The notes beneath the pieces are model-generated. The model searched no databases, was not told where the DNA came from, and was given only the letters and a program-made list of their open reading frames with translations. The translations under genes were made by a program, and so were the position numbers. From Squalus acanthias (Eukaryota): 64,000 bases of DNA. Positions 24,211 to 37,419 of this stretch are shown here, in pieces. The stretch spans positions 32,180,001 through 32,244,000 of the forward strand of contig CM059432.1 of the NCBI GenBank assembly GCA_030390025.1, written 5' to 3'. Positions within the stretch are counted from its first letter, which is position 1, and each line of letters starts with the position of its first letter.

Positions 24211-25573
24211 TAATACCACCTCCGAAAATGTGTCTGAACATCAAACTCAGAAGATCCTCCACTGCACCAATGTGACATTTCAATCTCTCGCACGAGTTGC
24301 CCTTATACCAAAGAAAGAAAGAACTTGCATTCATATAATGCCTTTCACATGTTCAGGACCAGCTAAAGCACTTTGCAATTGCTTTTGAAACGCAGTCACT
24401 GTTGTTATGTAGACAAATACAGCAATCAATTTGCACACAGCAAGATCCCACAAACAGCAAATGAGATAAATGACCAGTTAGTCATAGAGCCATAGAGTTA
24501 TACAGCACAGAAAGAGGCCCTTTGGCCCATCGTGTCTGCGCCGGCCATCAAGCCCTGTCTATTCTAATCCCATTTTCCAACACTTGGTCCGTAGCCTTGT
24601 ATGCTATGGCGTTTCAAGTGCTCATCTAAATGCTTCTTGAATGTTGTGAGGGTTCCTGCCTCTACCACCCTTTCAGGCAGTGAGTTCCAGATTCCAACCA
24701 CCCTCTGGGTGAAATTTTTTTTCCTCAAATCCCCTCTAAAACTCCTGCCCCTTACCTTGAAACTATGCCCCCTGGTTATTGACTCCTCTACTAAGGGGAA
24801 AAGTTCCTTTCTATCTACCCTATCTATGCCCCTCAAAATTTTGTACACCTCAATCAGCCTTCTCTGCTCTAAGGAAAACAACCCCAGCCTGTCCAGTCTC
24901 TCTTCATAGCTGAAACGCTCCAGCCCAGGTAACATCCTGGTGAATCTCCTCTGCACCCTTTCCAATGAATCACATCCTTCCTATAGTGTGGCGACCAGAA
25001 CTGCACACAGTATTCCAATTGTGGCCTAACTAGCGTTTTGTACAGCTCCATCATAACCTCCCTGCTCTTATATTCTATGCCTCGGCTAATGAAGGCAAGC
25101 ATCCCATATGCCTTCTTAACCACCTTATCTACCTGTCCTGCTGCCTTCAGGGATCTATGTACATGCACACCAAGGTTCCTCTGATCCTCTGTCCTTCCTA
25201 GGGTCCTACCATTTATTGTGTATTCCCTTGCCTTGTTAGTCCTCCCAAAATGCATCACCTCACACTTTTCAGGGTTAAATTCCATTTGCCACTGTTCTGC
25301 CCACCTGACCAACCCATCTATATCATCCTGTAGCCTGAGGCTTCCCTCCTCGCTATTTACCACTCCACCAATTTTTGTGTCATCTGCGAACTTACTGATC
25401 ATACCTCCTACATTCATATCTAAATCATTAATGTACACTACAAACAGCAAAGGACCCAGCACCGATCCCTGCGGTACACCACTGGACACAGGCTTCCAGT
25501 CACAAAAACAAACTTCGACCATCACCCTCTGCCTCCTGCCACTAAGCCAATTTTGGATCCAATGTGCCAAACT

Positions 25574-28479
25574 CAACAGTTTAAATCAAACATGGTCACA
25601 GTAAATAATAATTCATATAGGTCTGAGAGCGTTAAAAAAACAAGCCTGAAGGCTTTGTGTCTTAATGCAAGGAGCATTCGGAACAAGGTGGATGAATTAG
25701 CTGCGCAAATAGAGGTAAATGAATACGATTTGATTGGGATTACAGAAACATGGCTCCAGGGTGGCCAAGGCTGGGAACTCAACATCCAGGGTTATTCAAT
25801 ATTTAGGAAAGATAGGCAAAAAAGAAAGGGAGGTGGGGATTAACACAATTGAAAGGAAGGATATTAGCTCTGATGATGCGGAATCTGTATGGGTAGAACT
25901 GAGAAATAACAAGGGGCAGAAAACGTTAGTGGGAGTGGTATATAGACCTCCAAACAGTAATACGGAGGTTGGGGACGGCATTAAAAGGGAAATTAGAGAA
26001 GCATGCAGTAAGGGCACAGCAGTCATCATGGGTGACTTTAATTTACATATAGATTGGGCTAACCAAATTAGTAAAAATACTGTGGAGGAGGAATTCCTCG
26101 AATGTTTACGGGATGGTTTTCTGCAACAATATGTCGAGGAACCAACCAGAGATCAGGCCATCTTAGACTGGGTATTATGTAACGAGAAAGGATTAATTAG
26201 CAATCTTGTTGTACGAGGCCCCTTGGGTCAGAGTGATCATAATATGATAGAATTCTTCATTAGGATGGAGAGTGAAGTAGTTGAATCAGAGACTAGGGTC
26301 CTGAATTTAAATAAAGGAAACTACGATGGTATGAGGCGCGAATTGGGTAGGATTGATTGGGGAATGTCTCTCAAGGGGTTGACAGTGGATAGGCAATGGC
26401 AAACATTCAAAGACTGCATGGATGAACTACAGAATTTGTTCATCCCAGTGTGGCATAAGAATAAAACAAAAAGGGTGACTCAACCGTGGCTAACAAGGGA
26501 AATTAGGGATAGCATAAGATTCAAGGAGAGGGCATATAAATTGGCCAGAAAAAGCGGTAACCCTGAGGATTGGGAGCAGTTTAGGATTCAACAAAGGAGG
26601 ACAAAGGGTTTAATTAAGAAGGGGAAAATAGAATATGAAAGTAAGCTTGCTGGAAACATAAAAACTGACTGTAAGAGCTTTTATAGATATGTGAAGAGAA
26701 AAAGATTAGTGAAATCAAGTGTAGGTCCCTTGCAGTCAGAAGCGGGGGAAGTTATAATGGGGAACAAAGAAATGGCAGACCAATTAAATGCATATTTTGG
26801 TTCTGTCTTCACAAAGGAGGACACAAATAACCTCCCAGAGATGTTGGAGAACATACGGTCTGATGAAAGGGAGGAACTGAAAGAAATCAGTATTTGCAGG
26901 GAAATGGTGTTAGGGAAATTGACGGGATTGAAGGCCAATAAATCCCCAGGGCCTGATAATCTACATCCTAGGGTACTTAAGGAAGTGGCCCTAGAAATAA
27001 TAGATGCATTGCTGATCATCTTCCAACATTCGATGGAATCTGGAACTGTACCCATGGATTGGAGGGTAGCTAATGTTACCCCACTATTCAAAAAGGGTGG
27101 TAGAGAGAAAGCGGGGAATTACAGACCGGTAAGCCTGACATCGGTAGTGGGAAAAATGCTAGAGTCCATTATAAAGGATGTAATAGCTGAGCACTTGAAA
27201 AACAGTGACAGGATCGGACAAAGTCAACATGGATTTACAAAAGGTAAATCGTGCTTGACTAATCTACTGGAATTTTTTGAGGATGTAACTGGGAAAATAG
27301 ATAAGGGAGAACCAGTAGATGTGGTGTATTTGACTTTCAAAAGGCTTTCGATAAGGTCCCGCATAAGAGATTAGCGTGTAAAGTTAAGGCACATGGGATT
27401 GGGGGCAAGGTATTGACTTGGATAGAGAACTGGTTGGCGGACAGAAAGCAGAGAGTAGGAATTAATGGGTCTTTTTCTGAGTGGCAAGCAGTGACTAGTG
27501 GGGTACCGCAGGGATCGGTCCTTGGACCCCAGCTATTCACAATATACATTAATGATCTAGATAAGGGAACTAAATGTAATATCTCCAAGTTTGCAGATGA
27601 CACAAAGCTGGGTGGGAGTGTGTGCTGCGAGGAGGATACCGAGAAACTCCAGGATGATTTGGACAGGTTGGGTGAGTGGGCAGAAGCATGGCAGATGCAA
27701 TATAACGTGGATAAATGCGAGGTTATCCACTTTGGTGTCAAAAACAGAAAGGCAGACTATTATCTGAATGGCAATAGATTGGGAGAAGGGGAAGTGCAAC
27801 GAGACCTGGGTGCAGCAGGCGGTGAAGAAGGCAAATGGTATGTTGGCCTTCATAGCAAAAGGGTTTGAGTATAGGAACAGGGATGTCCTGCTGCAGTTGT
27901 ACAGGGCCTTGGTGAGACCACACCTTGAGTACTGTGTGCAGTTTTGGTCGCCTTATCTGAGGAAGGATGTTCTTGCCATGGAAGGAGTTCAGCGAAGATT
28001 CACAAGGCTGATACCTGGGATGGCAGGAATGACATATGAGGAGAGATTGGGTCGATTGGGCTTATACTCGCTGGAGTATAGAAGAATGAGAGGGGATCTC
28101 ATCGAAACATATAAAATTCTGACAGGTCTGGACAAACTAGATGCAGGAAGAATGTTCCCGATGGTCGGAGAGTCCAGAACCAGGGGTCATAATCTAAGGA
28201 TAATGGGTAAGCCATTTAGGACAGAAATGAGGAAGAATTTCTTCACCCAGAGAGTGGTGAACCTGTGGAATTCTCTACCACAGAAGGTAGTTGAGGCCAA
28301 GTCATTAAATATATTCAAGAATGAGTTAGATATATTTCTTAAAGCTAAAGGTATCAAGGGATATGGGGAGAAGGCAGGTACAGGGTACTGAGTTTGGATG
28401 ATCAGCCATGATCTCATTGAATGGCGGAGCAGGCTCGAGAGGCCGAATGGCCTACTCCTGCTCCTAGCTTCTATCTTCT
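25574..28479 (+). mobile_element. CR1 LINE with an essentially complete but frameshifted ORF2 (APE-RT)
   Basis: Successive ORFs 25553-25843, 25734-27374, 27413-27868 and 27768-28391 carry APE and RT motifs; 3' UTR ggccgaatggcctactcctgctcct. Confidence 0.95.
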
Positions 28480-30379
28480 AAATTGCCCTGGATCCCCTGG
28501 GCTCCTACCTTCTTGACCAGTCTCCCATGCGGGACTTTGTCAAAAGCCTTACTGAAGTCCATGTAGACCACATCAACTGCACTACCCTCATCCACACACC
28601 TAGTCACCCCTCAAAAAATTCAATCAAATTGGTTAGACATGATCTCCCCCTGACAAAGCCATGCTGACTATCCTTGATTAATCCTTGCCTCTCCAAGTGG
28701 AGACTAATTCAGTCCCTCAGAATTTTTTCCAATAATTTCCCTACCACTGATGTTAGGCTCACTGGCCTATAATTCCCTGGTTTATCCCTACTACCCTTCT
28801 TGAATAATGATACTACGTTAGCTGTCCTCCAGTCCTCTGGCACCTCCCCTGTCGTCAGAGAGGTTCTGAAAATTTGTGTCAGAGCCCCTGCAATCTCCTC
28901 CCTTGCCTCACACAGCAGCCTGGGATACATCTCGTCAGGGCCTGGGGATTTATTCACTTTTAAGCCCGCTTAAACCGCGAGTACCTCCTCCCTCTCAATG
29001 CTAATTTGTTCAAGTATTTTACAATCCCCCTGCCTTGATTTCTATGCCTACATCGTCCTTCTCCATAGTGAACACAGATGCAAAATATTCATTTAAAACC
29101 TCACCTAAATCTTCCGGCTCTACACACAGATTGCCACTTTGGTCCCTAATGGGCCCTACTCTTTCCCTGGTTATCCTCTTGCCCTTAATATACTTATAAA
29201 ACACCTTGGGATTTTCCTTTATTTTGCCCGCCAATGTTTTTTCATGCCCCCTCTTCGCTCTCCTAATTTTTTTTTTAAGTACCCCCCTGCACTTTCGATA
29301 CTCCTCTAGGGCTTCCATTGTTTTTAGTCCTTTGTATCTGCCAAAAGCCTCCCTTTTTTTCCTAATCCATTCTTGTATATCCCTTGACATCCAGGGTTCC
29401 CTGGACTTGTTGGTCCCACCCTTGACCTTTACGGGAACATATTGGCATTGTACTCTCTCTATTTCCTTTCTAAAAAACTCCCACTGCTCTGATGTGGATT
29501 TTCCTATAAGTAGCTAATCCCAGTCCACTTTGGCCAGATCCTGTCTTATCATATTAAAATCGGCCTTCCCCCAATTTAGAACCTTTATTTCCAGTCCATC
29601 TTTGTCCTTTTCCATGACTACCTTAAATCTCACCAAAATGCTCTCCTACTGACACTTCTACCACTTGCCCGGCTATATTCCCTAGAATTAGGTCCAGTAC
29701 CGCCCCCTCTCTTGTAGGACTTTCTACATGCTGGCTCAAAAAGCTCTCCTGGATGCACTTTAAGAATTCCGCACCCTCTAAGCCTTTCACACTCTGACGA
29801 TCCCAGTTAATATTGGGGAAGTTGAAATCCCCTACTATTATTACCCTATTATTTCTACACTTCTCTGAGATTTGCCTACATATCTGTTCCTCTATCTCCC
29901 CCTGACTGTTTGGGGGCCTATAGTACACTCCCAGCAAAGTGCTTGCCCCCTTTTTGTTTTTAAGTTCTACCCATATGGCCTCATTAGAGGAACCTGCTAA
30001 GATATCATCCCTCCTTACTGCAGTAATTGACTCCTTGATTAATATTGCGAGACCCCCTCCTCTTTTAAACCCCCCTCTGTCTCGCCTGAAGATTCTATAC
30101 CCCTGAATATTGAGCTGCCAGTCCTGCCCCTCCCTCAACCATGTCTCTGTGATAGCAACAATATCATACTCCCATGTGTTCATCAACACCTTCAATTCAT
30201 CTGCCTTACTCGCAAGACTCCTTGCATTAAAATAAATGCCATCCAGCCTTGCCATACTCCCTTGTGCCGTTACATATTTGCTCTGCCTTCCAGGCTGACT
30301 TGTTTTTTCCTCTATATTTGGCTGTGCATCACCCCCTACTATAGCTCCACTCCATATCCCATCCCCCTGCCAAGTTAGT

Positions 30380-31130
30380 TTAACCTCCCCCCACAGTACT
30401 AGCAAACCTCCCCGCAAGGATGTCGGTCCCGTTCCGGTTCAGGTGCAACCCGTCCGACTTGTACAGGTCCCACCTTCCCCAGAAACAGACCCAGTGATCC
30501 AGGAAACTAAAGCCCTCCCTCCTGCACCAACTCTTTAGCCACGCAATCATCTGCTCTATCCTCCTATACCTATACTCACTAGCACGTGGCACTGGGAGTA
30601 ATCCAGAGATTACAACCTTTGAGGTCCTGCTTTTTAATCTGCAACGTAGCTCCCTAAATTCTTGTTGCAGGACCTCATCCCTCTTTCTATCTATGTCGTT
30701 GGTACCAATGTGAACCACGACCTCTGACTGTTCGCCCTCCCCCTTCAGAATGCCCTGCAGCCGTTCAGTGACATCCTTGACCCTGGCACCAGGGAGGCAA
30801 CATACCATCCTGCAGTCACGTCTGCAGCCGCAGAAACACCTGTCTGCACCCCTCACTATTGAGTCTCCTACCACTATTGCCCTTCCACTCTTACTTCTCC
30901 CCCCTTGTGCAGCTGGGCCACCCACAGTGCCGTGAGCTTGGCTCTGGCTGCACTCCCCAGAGGAACCGTCACTTTCACTGTTTTCCAACACAGAAAAACG
31001 GTTGTGGAGTGAGATGCACTCTGGGGCTTTCCTGACTACCTGCCTGTCCCCCTTCTTCTGACTGGTGGTCTCCCATTCCCTCTCTGACTGCACTTTCTTA
31101 AGCTGCGGGTTGACCACGTCTAAAAACATG
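30380..31130 (-). pseudogene. CR1 ORF1, SGNH/GDSL esterase domain (5'-truncated)
   Basis: AIVVGDSIVRG, CLPGARV, VHIGTND and DGLHLN correspond to the SGNH blocks. Confidence 0.9.
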
Positions 31131-33089
31131 CTATCTGTTTTAGTAGTGTTGGTTGAGGGACAAATGTTGAACAAGACATTGGGCAAACTCCCTTGCTGTC
31201 ATTCAGATAGGCAGACGGGGCATCAGTTTAATGTCTCACCCAAAGGATAGCACCTCCAACAATGCAACACTCCCTCAGTATTGCATCTAACTGTAATGCA
31301 AAATCATAGAATTTTACAGAAGTAGGCCATTCGGCCCATCGTATCTGTGCTGGCTCTTTGAAAGAGCTATCCAATTAATCCCACTCCCCTGCTCTTTCCC
31401 CAAGGCCCTGTAAATTTTTCCTTTTCAAGTATTTATCCAATTCCCTTTTAAAAGTTACTATTGAATCTGCTACGACCACCCTTTCAGGTAGGGTATTCCA
31501 GATCATAACAACTTGCTGTGTAAAAAAACTTCCCCTCGTTCTTTTGCCAATTGTCTTAAATCTGTGTCTTCTGGTTACTGACCATCCTGCCAGCGGAAAT
31601 AGTTTCTCCCTTTCTACTTCTTTGATGAAGTAACGGAGAGGGTGGGCAAGGGTAGTGTGTTGATGTTGTGTATATGGACTTTCAAAAGCATTTGATAAAG
31701 TGCCACATAATAGACTTGTTAACAAAGTTGAAGACCATGGGATTAAAAGGGTGAGTGGAATTGGCTGAGTGGATACAAAATTGGCTAAGGGGCAGAAAGC
31801 AGAGTGTAGTGGTGAACGGTTGCTTTTTAGACTGGAGAAAACATGCACTGGTGTCCGTCAGGGTCAGTGTTGGGACCACTGCTTTTTTTGATATATATTA
31901 ACGACCTAGACTTAAGTATACAGCGCATCATTTCAAAGTTTGCAGATGACACTAAACTCGGAAATGTAGTAAACAGTGAAGAGGATAGTAATAGAGTTCA
32001 GGAGGACTTAAACAGACTTGTGAAATGGGAAGACATATGAAATTTAACACAGAGAAGTGTGAAGTGATTCATTTTGGTAGGAAGAATGAGGAGAGGCAAT
32101 ATAAATTAAATGGTACAATTTTAAAGGGTGTGCAGGTACAGAAGGTGGCAGGACAAGTTGAAAAGGCTGTTGAAAAAGCATGTGGGATCCTTGGCTTTAT
32201 TAATAGAGGAATAGAGACCTAGGGGTGTACACAACTCTTTGAAGGTGGAAGGACGAGTTGAGAAGGCTGTTAAATAGGCATACAGGATCCTTGACTTTAT
32301 AAATAGTGGCATAGAGTACAAAAGTAAGGAAGTTATGCTAAACTAGGATGATACCAGAACTGAGAGGTTATACCTATCAGGAAAGATTAAACAGGCTGGG
32401 GATCTTTTGTCTAGAAAAGAAAAGACTGAGGGGTGACCTGATAGAGGTCTTTAATATTATGAAAGGGTTTGATAGGGTAGACATAGAGAAGATGTTTCCA
32501 CATGTGGGGGAGACCAGAACTATGGGTCATAAATATAAGATAGTCACTAATAAATCCAATAGAGCATTCAAGAGAAACTTCTTTACTCAGAGAGTGGTTA
32601 GACTATGGAACACATTACCACAAGGTGTAGTTGAGGCAACTAGCATAGATGTATCTAAGGGGAAGCTAGATAAACACATGAGGGAGAATGAAATAGAAGG
32701 ATATGTTGATGGCGTTAGGTGAAGTAGGGTGGGAGGAGGCTCATGTGGAGCATAAACACCAGCATGGACCTGTTGGGCCAAATGGCCTGTTTCTGTGTTG
32801 TAAATACTATGTAACCCTTTATAAAATACTGGTTAGGCCTCAGCTGTATTGTGTCCAATTCTGGACACCACACCACCTCAGGAAGGATGTCAAGGCCTTA
32901 GAGAGGGTGCAGAGGAGATTTACTAGAATGATACCAGGGATGAAAGAATTCAGTTACGTGGAGCAACTAGAGAAACTGAGGTTGTTCTCCTTAGAGCAGA
33001 GAGGTGATGGGAATATTTGATAGAGGTGTTCAAAATCTTGAAGGGCTTTAATACAGTAAATAAGGAGAAACTATTTCCAGTGGTAGAAG

Positions 33090-33730
33090 AAATAAAAACA
33101 GAAAATGCTGGAAATACTCAGAGTTAATGTTTCAGGTCGCTGACCTTTCGTCAGAACTGGAACAAGTTAGAGATGTAACAGGTTTTAAGCAAGTGCAGGG
33201 GCAGGGAAGGGTGGGAGGGGTGGAAAGAACAAAAGGGAAGGTCTGTGATAGAGTGGAAGGCAGGAGAGAGTAAATGACAAAAGGTATGATGTACAAAGCA
33301 AAAGGAGATGGTAATAGGACAAGTAAAGAACCAAAAGATGAGTTTAGAAGAGGTGTAAATGGAAATGGCAGATACATCAACAGCTGCCATGTGAAAAAAT
33401 AGGGACAGAGGTTATGGTCTGAAATTGTTGAACTCGATGTTGAGTCCAGGAGGCTGTAGAGTGCCTAATCGAAAGATGAGGTGTTGTTCCTCGAGCTTGC
33501 ATTGGGCTTCGTTGGAACAGTGTAAGAGGCCGAGGACAGAGAGATCAGAGGGGGAGTGGAGGGGAGAATTAAAGTGACTAGTGACCGGAAGCTCGGGGTC
33601 ACGCTTACGGACTGAACGGAGGTGTTCCACAAAGCGGTCACCCAATCTGCGTTTGGTCTCCCCAGTGTAGAGGAGACCGCATCGTGAGCAGTGAATACAG
33701 TATACTAAATTGCAAGAAGTACAAGGGTAT
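33090..33730 (-). mobile_element. Penelope-like element fragment (GIY-YIG plus pLTR, family 2)
   Basis: NLVYCIHCSRCGLLYTGETKRRLGDRFVEHLRSV..; TSD agtggtagaag at 33079-89 and 33731-41. Confidence 0.9.
33122..33158 (-). ncRNA. Minimal hammerhead ribozyme motif (pLTR family 2)
   Basis: AGUU-CUGACGA-A-AGGUC-agc-GACCU-GAAA-CA-UU-AACU; stem III is mutated from CG to CA. Confidence 0.6.
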
Positions 33731-34435
33731 AGTGGTAGAAGGGTCGGTAACCAGAGAACACAGATTTAAAGCAATTGGCAAAAGAACCAGAGGCAGCATG
33801 AGGAAAAACAAATGTATGCAGCGAGTTGTTGTGATCTGGAATGCACTGCCTGAAAGGGTGGTGGAAGCAGACTCAGTAATAACTTTCAAAAGGGAATAGG
33901 TTAAATATTTGAAAAGGAACATTTTTCTGGGCTATGGGGAAAGAGCAGGGGAGTAGGGCTAATTGGATAGCTGCTTCAAAGAGCCAGCACGGGTATCATC
34001 GGCCGAATGGCTCCTTCTGTGCTGTTTCATTCTATGATTCTAAGATTCTACTTTATTAAAACCCTTCATAATTTTGACCACCTCTTGATAACCAGCCCGT
34101 TCCTAATCACCATCCAGGAGCGGCTGATAGAAAGGTGCGTGTACGGATATGGGATAAGGATTGGATTGGATATATATTCCCCATAGTCGAGTATCTCACC
34201 ATTAATGTTTAGGCATGAAGAATGGACCACTGGATGAGGTACCAGGGCAGAGGGACAGTTAGGTGACTGCGCCTGTCAATCCGTACCCTAGCAGAAATCA
34301 ATGCCTTCAGCTGAGGACAAAGGGGACACAACAGTCAAGAGCACTCTTCTGTCTCAGCTCTGCAGTACAAATATGTGTTAGCACAGGCTGCCCGTTAAGT
34401 GTCATTTAGTCTACCATATACAGTGCACACAGGGG

Positions 34436-34890
34436 TCAGTCGTGGCTCAGTGATAGCACTCTCACCTGAGTCAGAGCTCGTGGGTTCAAGTCTCACTCCA
34501 GAGACTTGAGCACAAAATCTAGGCTGACACTCCAATGAAGTACTGATGAAGTGCTGCACTGTCAGAGGTGTTGTCTTTCGGGTGAGATGTTAAATCGAGG
34601 CCCTATCTGCCCTGTCAGGTGGACGTAAAAAATCTCGCGGCACTATTTCGAAGAAGGGAGTTCTTCTCCGGCCAATATTTATATTTTATATTTATCCCTC
34701 AATCAACATCACTAAAACAGATTATCTGGTTATTTTCTCACGGCTAATTGTGGGACCTTGCTGTGCGCAAATTTGCTGCTGAGTTTCTTACATTAAAACA
34801 GTGACTACACTTCAAATAGTACTTCACTGGCTGCAAATCGCTTTGAGACATCCTGTGGTCGAGGAAGGCGCTATTTAAATGCACGTTTTC
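34436..34890 (+). mobile_element. SINE family A, full length
   Basis: Pol III A box tggctcagtga and B box ggttcaagtc, followed by the core and tail. Confidence 0.85.
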
Positions 34891-35019
34891 CTTTCTGTCT
34901 GAGAAGATTTCCTTATCGCAGCAGAGTAGAAATCTGTTGTGCCCTTGCACGCCTGCAACTGCACTCGCCCTGAGTACAGTTTCTTTAAAAAAAAACTCCG
35001 AATCAGCAAAGAGAAAGAC

Positions 35020-35540
35020 TGCACACAGCACGTGGATGTGAGCTGAATTACTGATCACTCAGATATTTGCCTGAATGACTTCAAGCATGCCAGATTCCCC
35101 AGTTACTTAGCAGCAGAAGTGTCATAGTTCCTCCAGCAGATAGTTACCATAGCAACTGTGACATCATTATAGACATAGTGATGCATGAAAATTCAAATGA
35201 CTGGGACTGGTTGCTAGGATGTAAACTGGGAGAAGTCACTGGGCACCGTGTCAAGGGAATGAAATCTACTGAACACTCTGTACTTTCATTGTGGGATGTC
35301 TAGCTGGGAGGCCCGCCTGTCACGTGGGCCCCTTGCTCTGTGAGCAGGCACCAGTCCCAGTTAGACTCATTTCTTGAACGTCACAGAGCTGTAACAGGAG
35401 CTGTGGTCAGCTGTGTTGTAACAGAAGGTGCAATTCATTTTTTTTTAAAACAGTCTGCAAAACCCTATTTACCTGTAAGCAACAACTCTTTGCAAAGAGC
35501 AGGCACCGAACAGCTGAAATCCAGCACACAGGTAAGGTGC
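35020..35540 (+). promoter_or_regulatory. Candidate promoter/enhancer with a possible non-coding first exon
   Basis: RFX X-box GTTACCATAGCAAC at 35143-56; CRE-like TGACATCA at 35159-66; CACGTG E-boxes at ~35029 and ~35321; donor CAG|GTAAGG at 35531/2. No repeat recognised in this stretch. Confidence 0.4.
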
Positions 35541-36714
35541 AATATTCTCAATGGGCAGTTTTTGAATGGGGGAGGGAGCTAAGAGAAAGGAACTTGACAA
35601 ATGAGCCTTGCTCTCTCCATTAAATTAGTTGCATGAGAGAACATAGTGTTGACATTGCCTGAGGTAATGCATTGAAGTTTGGTTAATTGGGACAATTTGG
35701 TTTTGGAAATAAAATGAACACATTTATCAAGTTGTCCCCCCATTAAGTCAGCCCCATCCTCACTGATTTAAGCACTGTGGGAATTAGCTGCTACCTGGCA
35801 TAATGTCCCCTATAAACGAATGTTCCTATTCATAGCCACCGCTTCTTTACAGTCTCAACTTGGGGTGGAATCAAAGGCCCAAATGCTTCTAATCAGAACT
35901 CTCTGGTGTCCTACATACTGTTAACAAGGGCACCTGCAGATACATGTAACAGTGTCCTGTCAATACACAGTGGCAATGCTGTCATGCTTACTGGTTACCA
36001 TGACAGTATTGCCACTGAATATTGACAGGACCATTCTATCTCGCTTGCAAGCTAGTGAAATGGGCAGACTGATTTTCCTCTTGGCTGGGCTCCAGGTGGG
36101 CACAGCATAGCGGAGGTGTCCCACACCTGCTGTGGAAGTAGTGCTTGCACATTTTCTGGCCCAGTCCCTTTGCATAGGCCACACGCCCTCTCACTCTCCC
36201 AACCACAACTGCAAGGCCTTGCACTAAGAAAGTGGGTTGGAGCGCAGTCATAGACCTCAGAGGCCTGCAACTGAACTCATGGCTGTTGGCATCAGGGGCA
36301 GCAGCAGCTAAAGGCCATGAGGCGCAAAGGTCATGCTTGGTGGCAGCGGAGCAAAAATATTCAATTAATTGTAGCCACTGGGTGCTCCAAGAAAATCCTA
36401 CATAGCCTTTAGTTAGGGACTCCACAGGCAGACAAAGAAGGTGAGGCAGGAGGCCAGGAATGCCCCCTCCTGCCTCACCTACAAGTTTACATAGGCCTAC
36501 ACCTACTGCAGGCACAGGTCCATTACCACCCATATTGGAAACCCGTCACCAAGGAAGTCCCAGCCCCTTCTCACAGAAATCCCAGGGCAGTGTAGTGGGG
36601 CAGTGATCTGATGTAACAGGTCTCTGCATTTATTTCCCGGTGCCTGGAAACTGATCTTCCCCCAGGCATAGCCAAGAGGAAAATCTACCCTGGGGTCTTT
36701 CATGTTGTCAGGAC

Positions 36715-36995
36715 TCTCTCTCTGAGACCTCTACACTCCTCCAATTCTGGCCTCTTGCGCATCCCCGATTTTAATCGCTCCACCATTGGCGGCCGTGCCT
36801 TCAGCTGTCATGGGCCTACACCTTCCTAAACCTCTCTACCTCTCTCTCTCCTCCTTTAAGACGCTCCTTAAAACCTACCTCTTTGATCAAGCCCTAATAT
36901 CTTCTTATGTGACTCGGTGTCAAATTTTGTTTGATAATGCTCCTTGGGACGTTTTACTACATTAAAGGCGCTATATATATACAAGTTGTTGTTGT
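36715..36995 (+). mobile_element. L2 LINE 3' tail
   Basis: ctcctccaattctggcctcttgcgcat..aaaggcgctata..caagttgttgttg; also seen at 52082-52422 and 58998-59208. Confidence 0.8.
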
Positions 36996-37419
36996 TGACT
37001 GTTCTAAATTATCAAGTGCCCCAATGGCTCAGTTGGTATAATGAATCATTCAGTATGCTTCTGGACTATGATAACAGGAAGGAACCAGGTTCCATCGGCG
37101 ATCCATGCTGAGTCAGTTGCTCTCAGCTGCTGCAGCGATGGAAGTGCTACAACTGGCCACAGCCTGCTGGGCCAGACAGGGAAGATAATCAGTCAAGCTT
37201 CACATTCCTGATCACCATCCAGTGACACCACCTGGAAAAAAGATATACGTGGATTGGATGTAATGCCCACTCGGGTCTAATAGCCAGCGGACATTGAATG
37301 TGGGCATCGCTGGCAAGGCCAGCATTTATTGCCCATGCCTAATTGCCCTTGAGAAGATGGTGGTGAGCCACCTCCTTGAACTGCTGTGGTCTGTGAGATG
37401 AAGGTACTCCCGCAGTGCT

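Larger units (their letters stand above)
24482..31130 (-). mobile_element. Near-full-length CR1 LINE (ORF1 esterase plus disrupted ORF2), split by a nested CR1
   Basis: ORF1 30380-31186; APE 29623-30417 (NARSL..IAITETWL..VGDFNFP); linker 29019-29390; RT 28709-28957 and 24869-25576 (GVPQGSVLGP, FADD); C-terminus 24564-24965. Inserted in a SINE that resumes at ~31131. Confidence 0.95.
31300..34090. mobile_element. Nested stack: CR1(-) contains CR1(+, 31620-34045), which contains a second CR1 3' end (~32346-32814) and a Penelope fragment
   Basis: ttctactt is duplicated at 31612-19 and 34046-53; RT motifs at 31843-32040; ORFs 32348-32722 and 33684-33899. Confidence 0.85.

Noticed and set aside
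25734..27374. Longest ORF (546 aa) as a host gene
   Set aside because: It is CR1 ORF2 (APE to RT), frameshifted on both sides.
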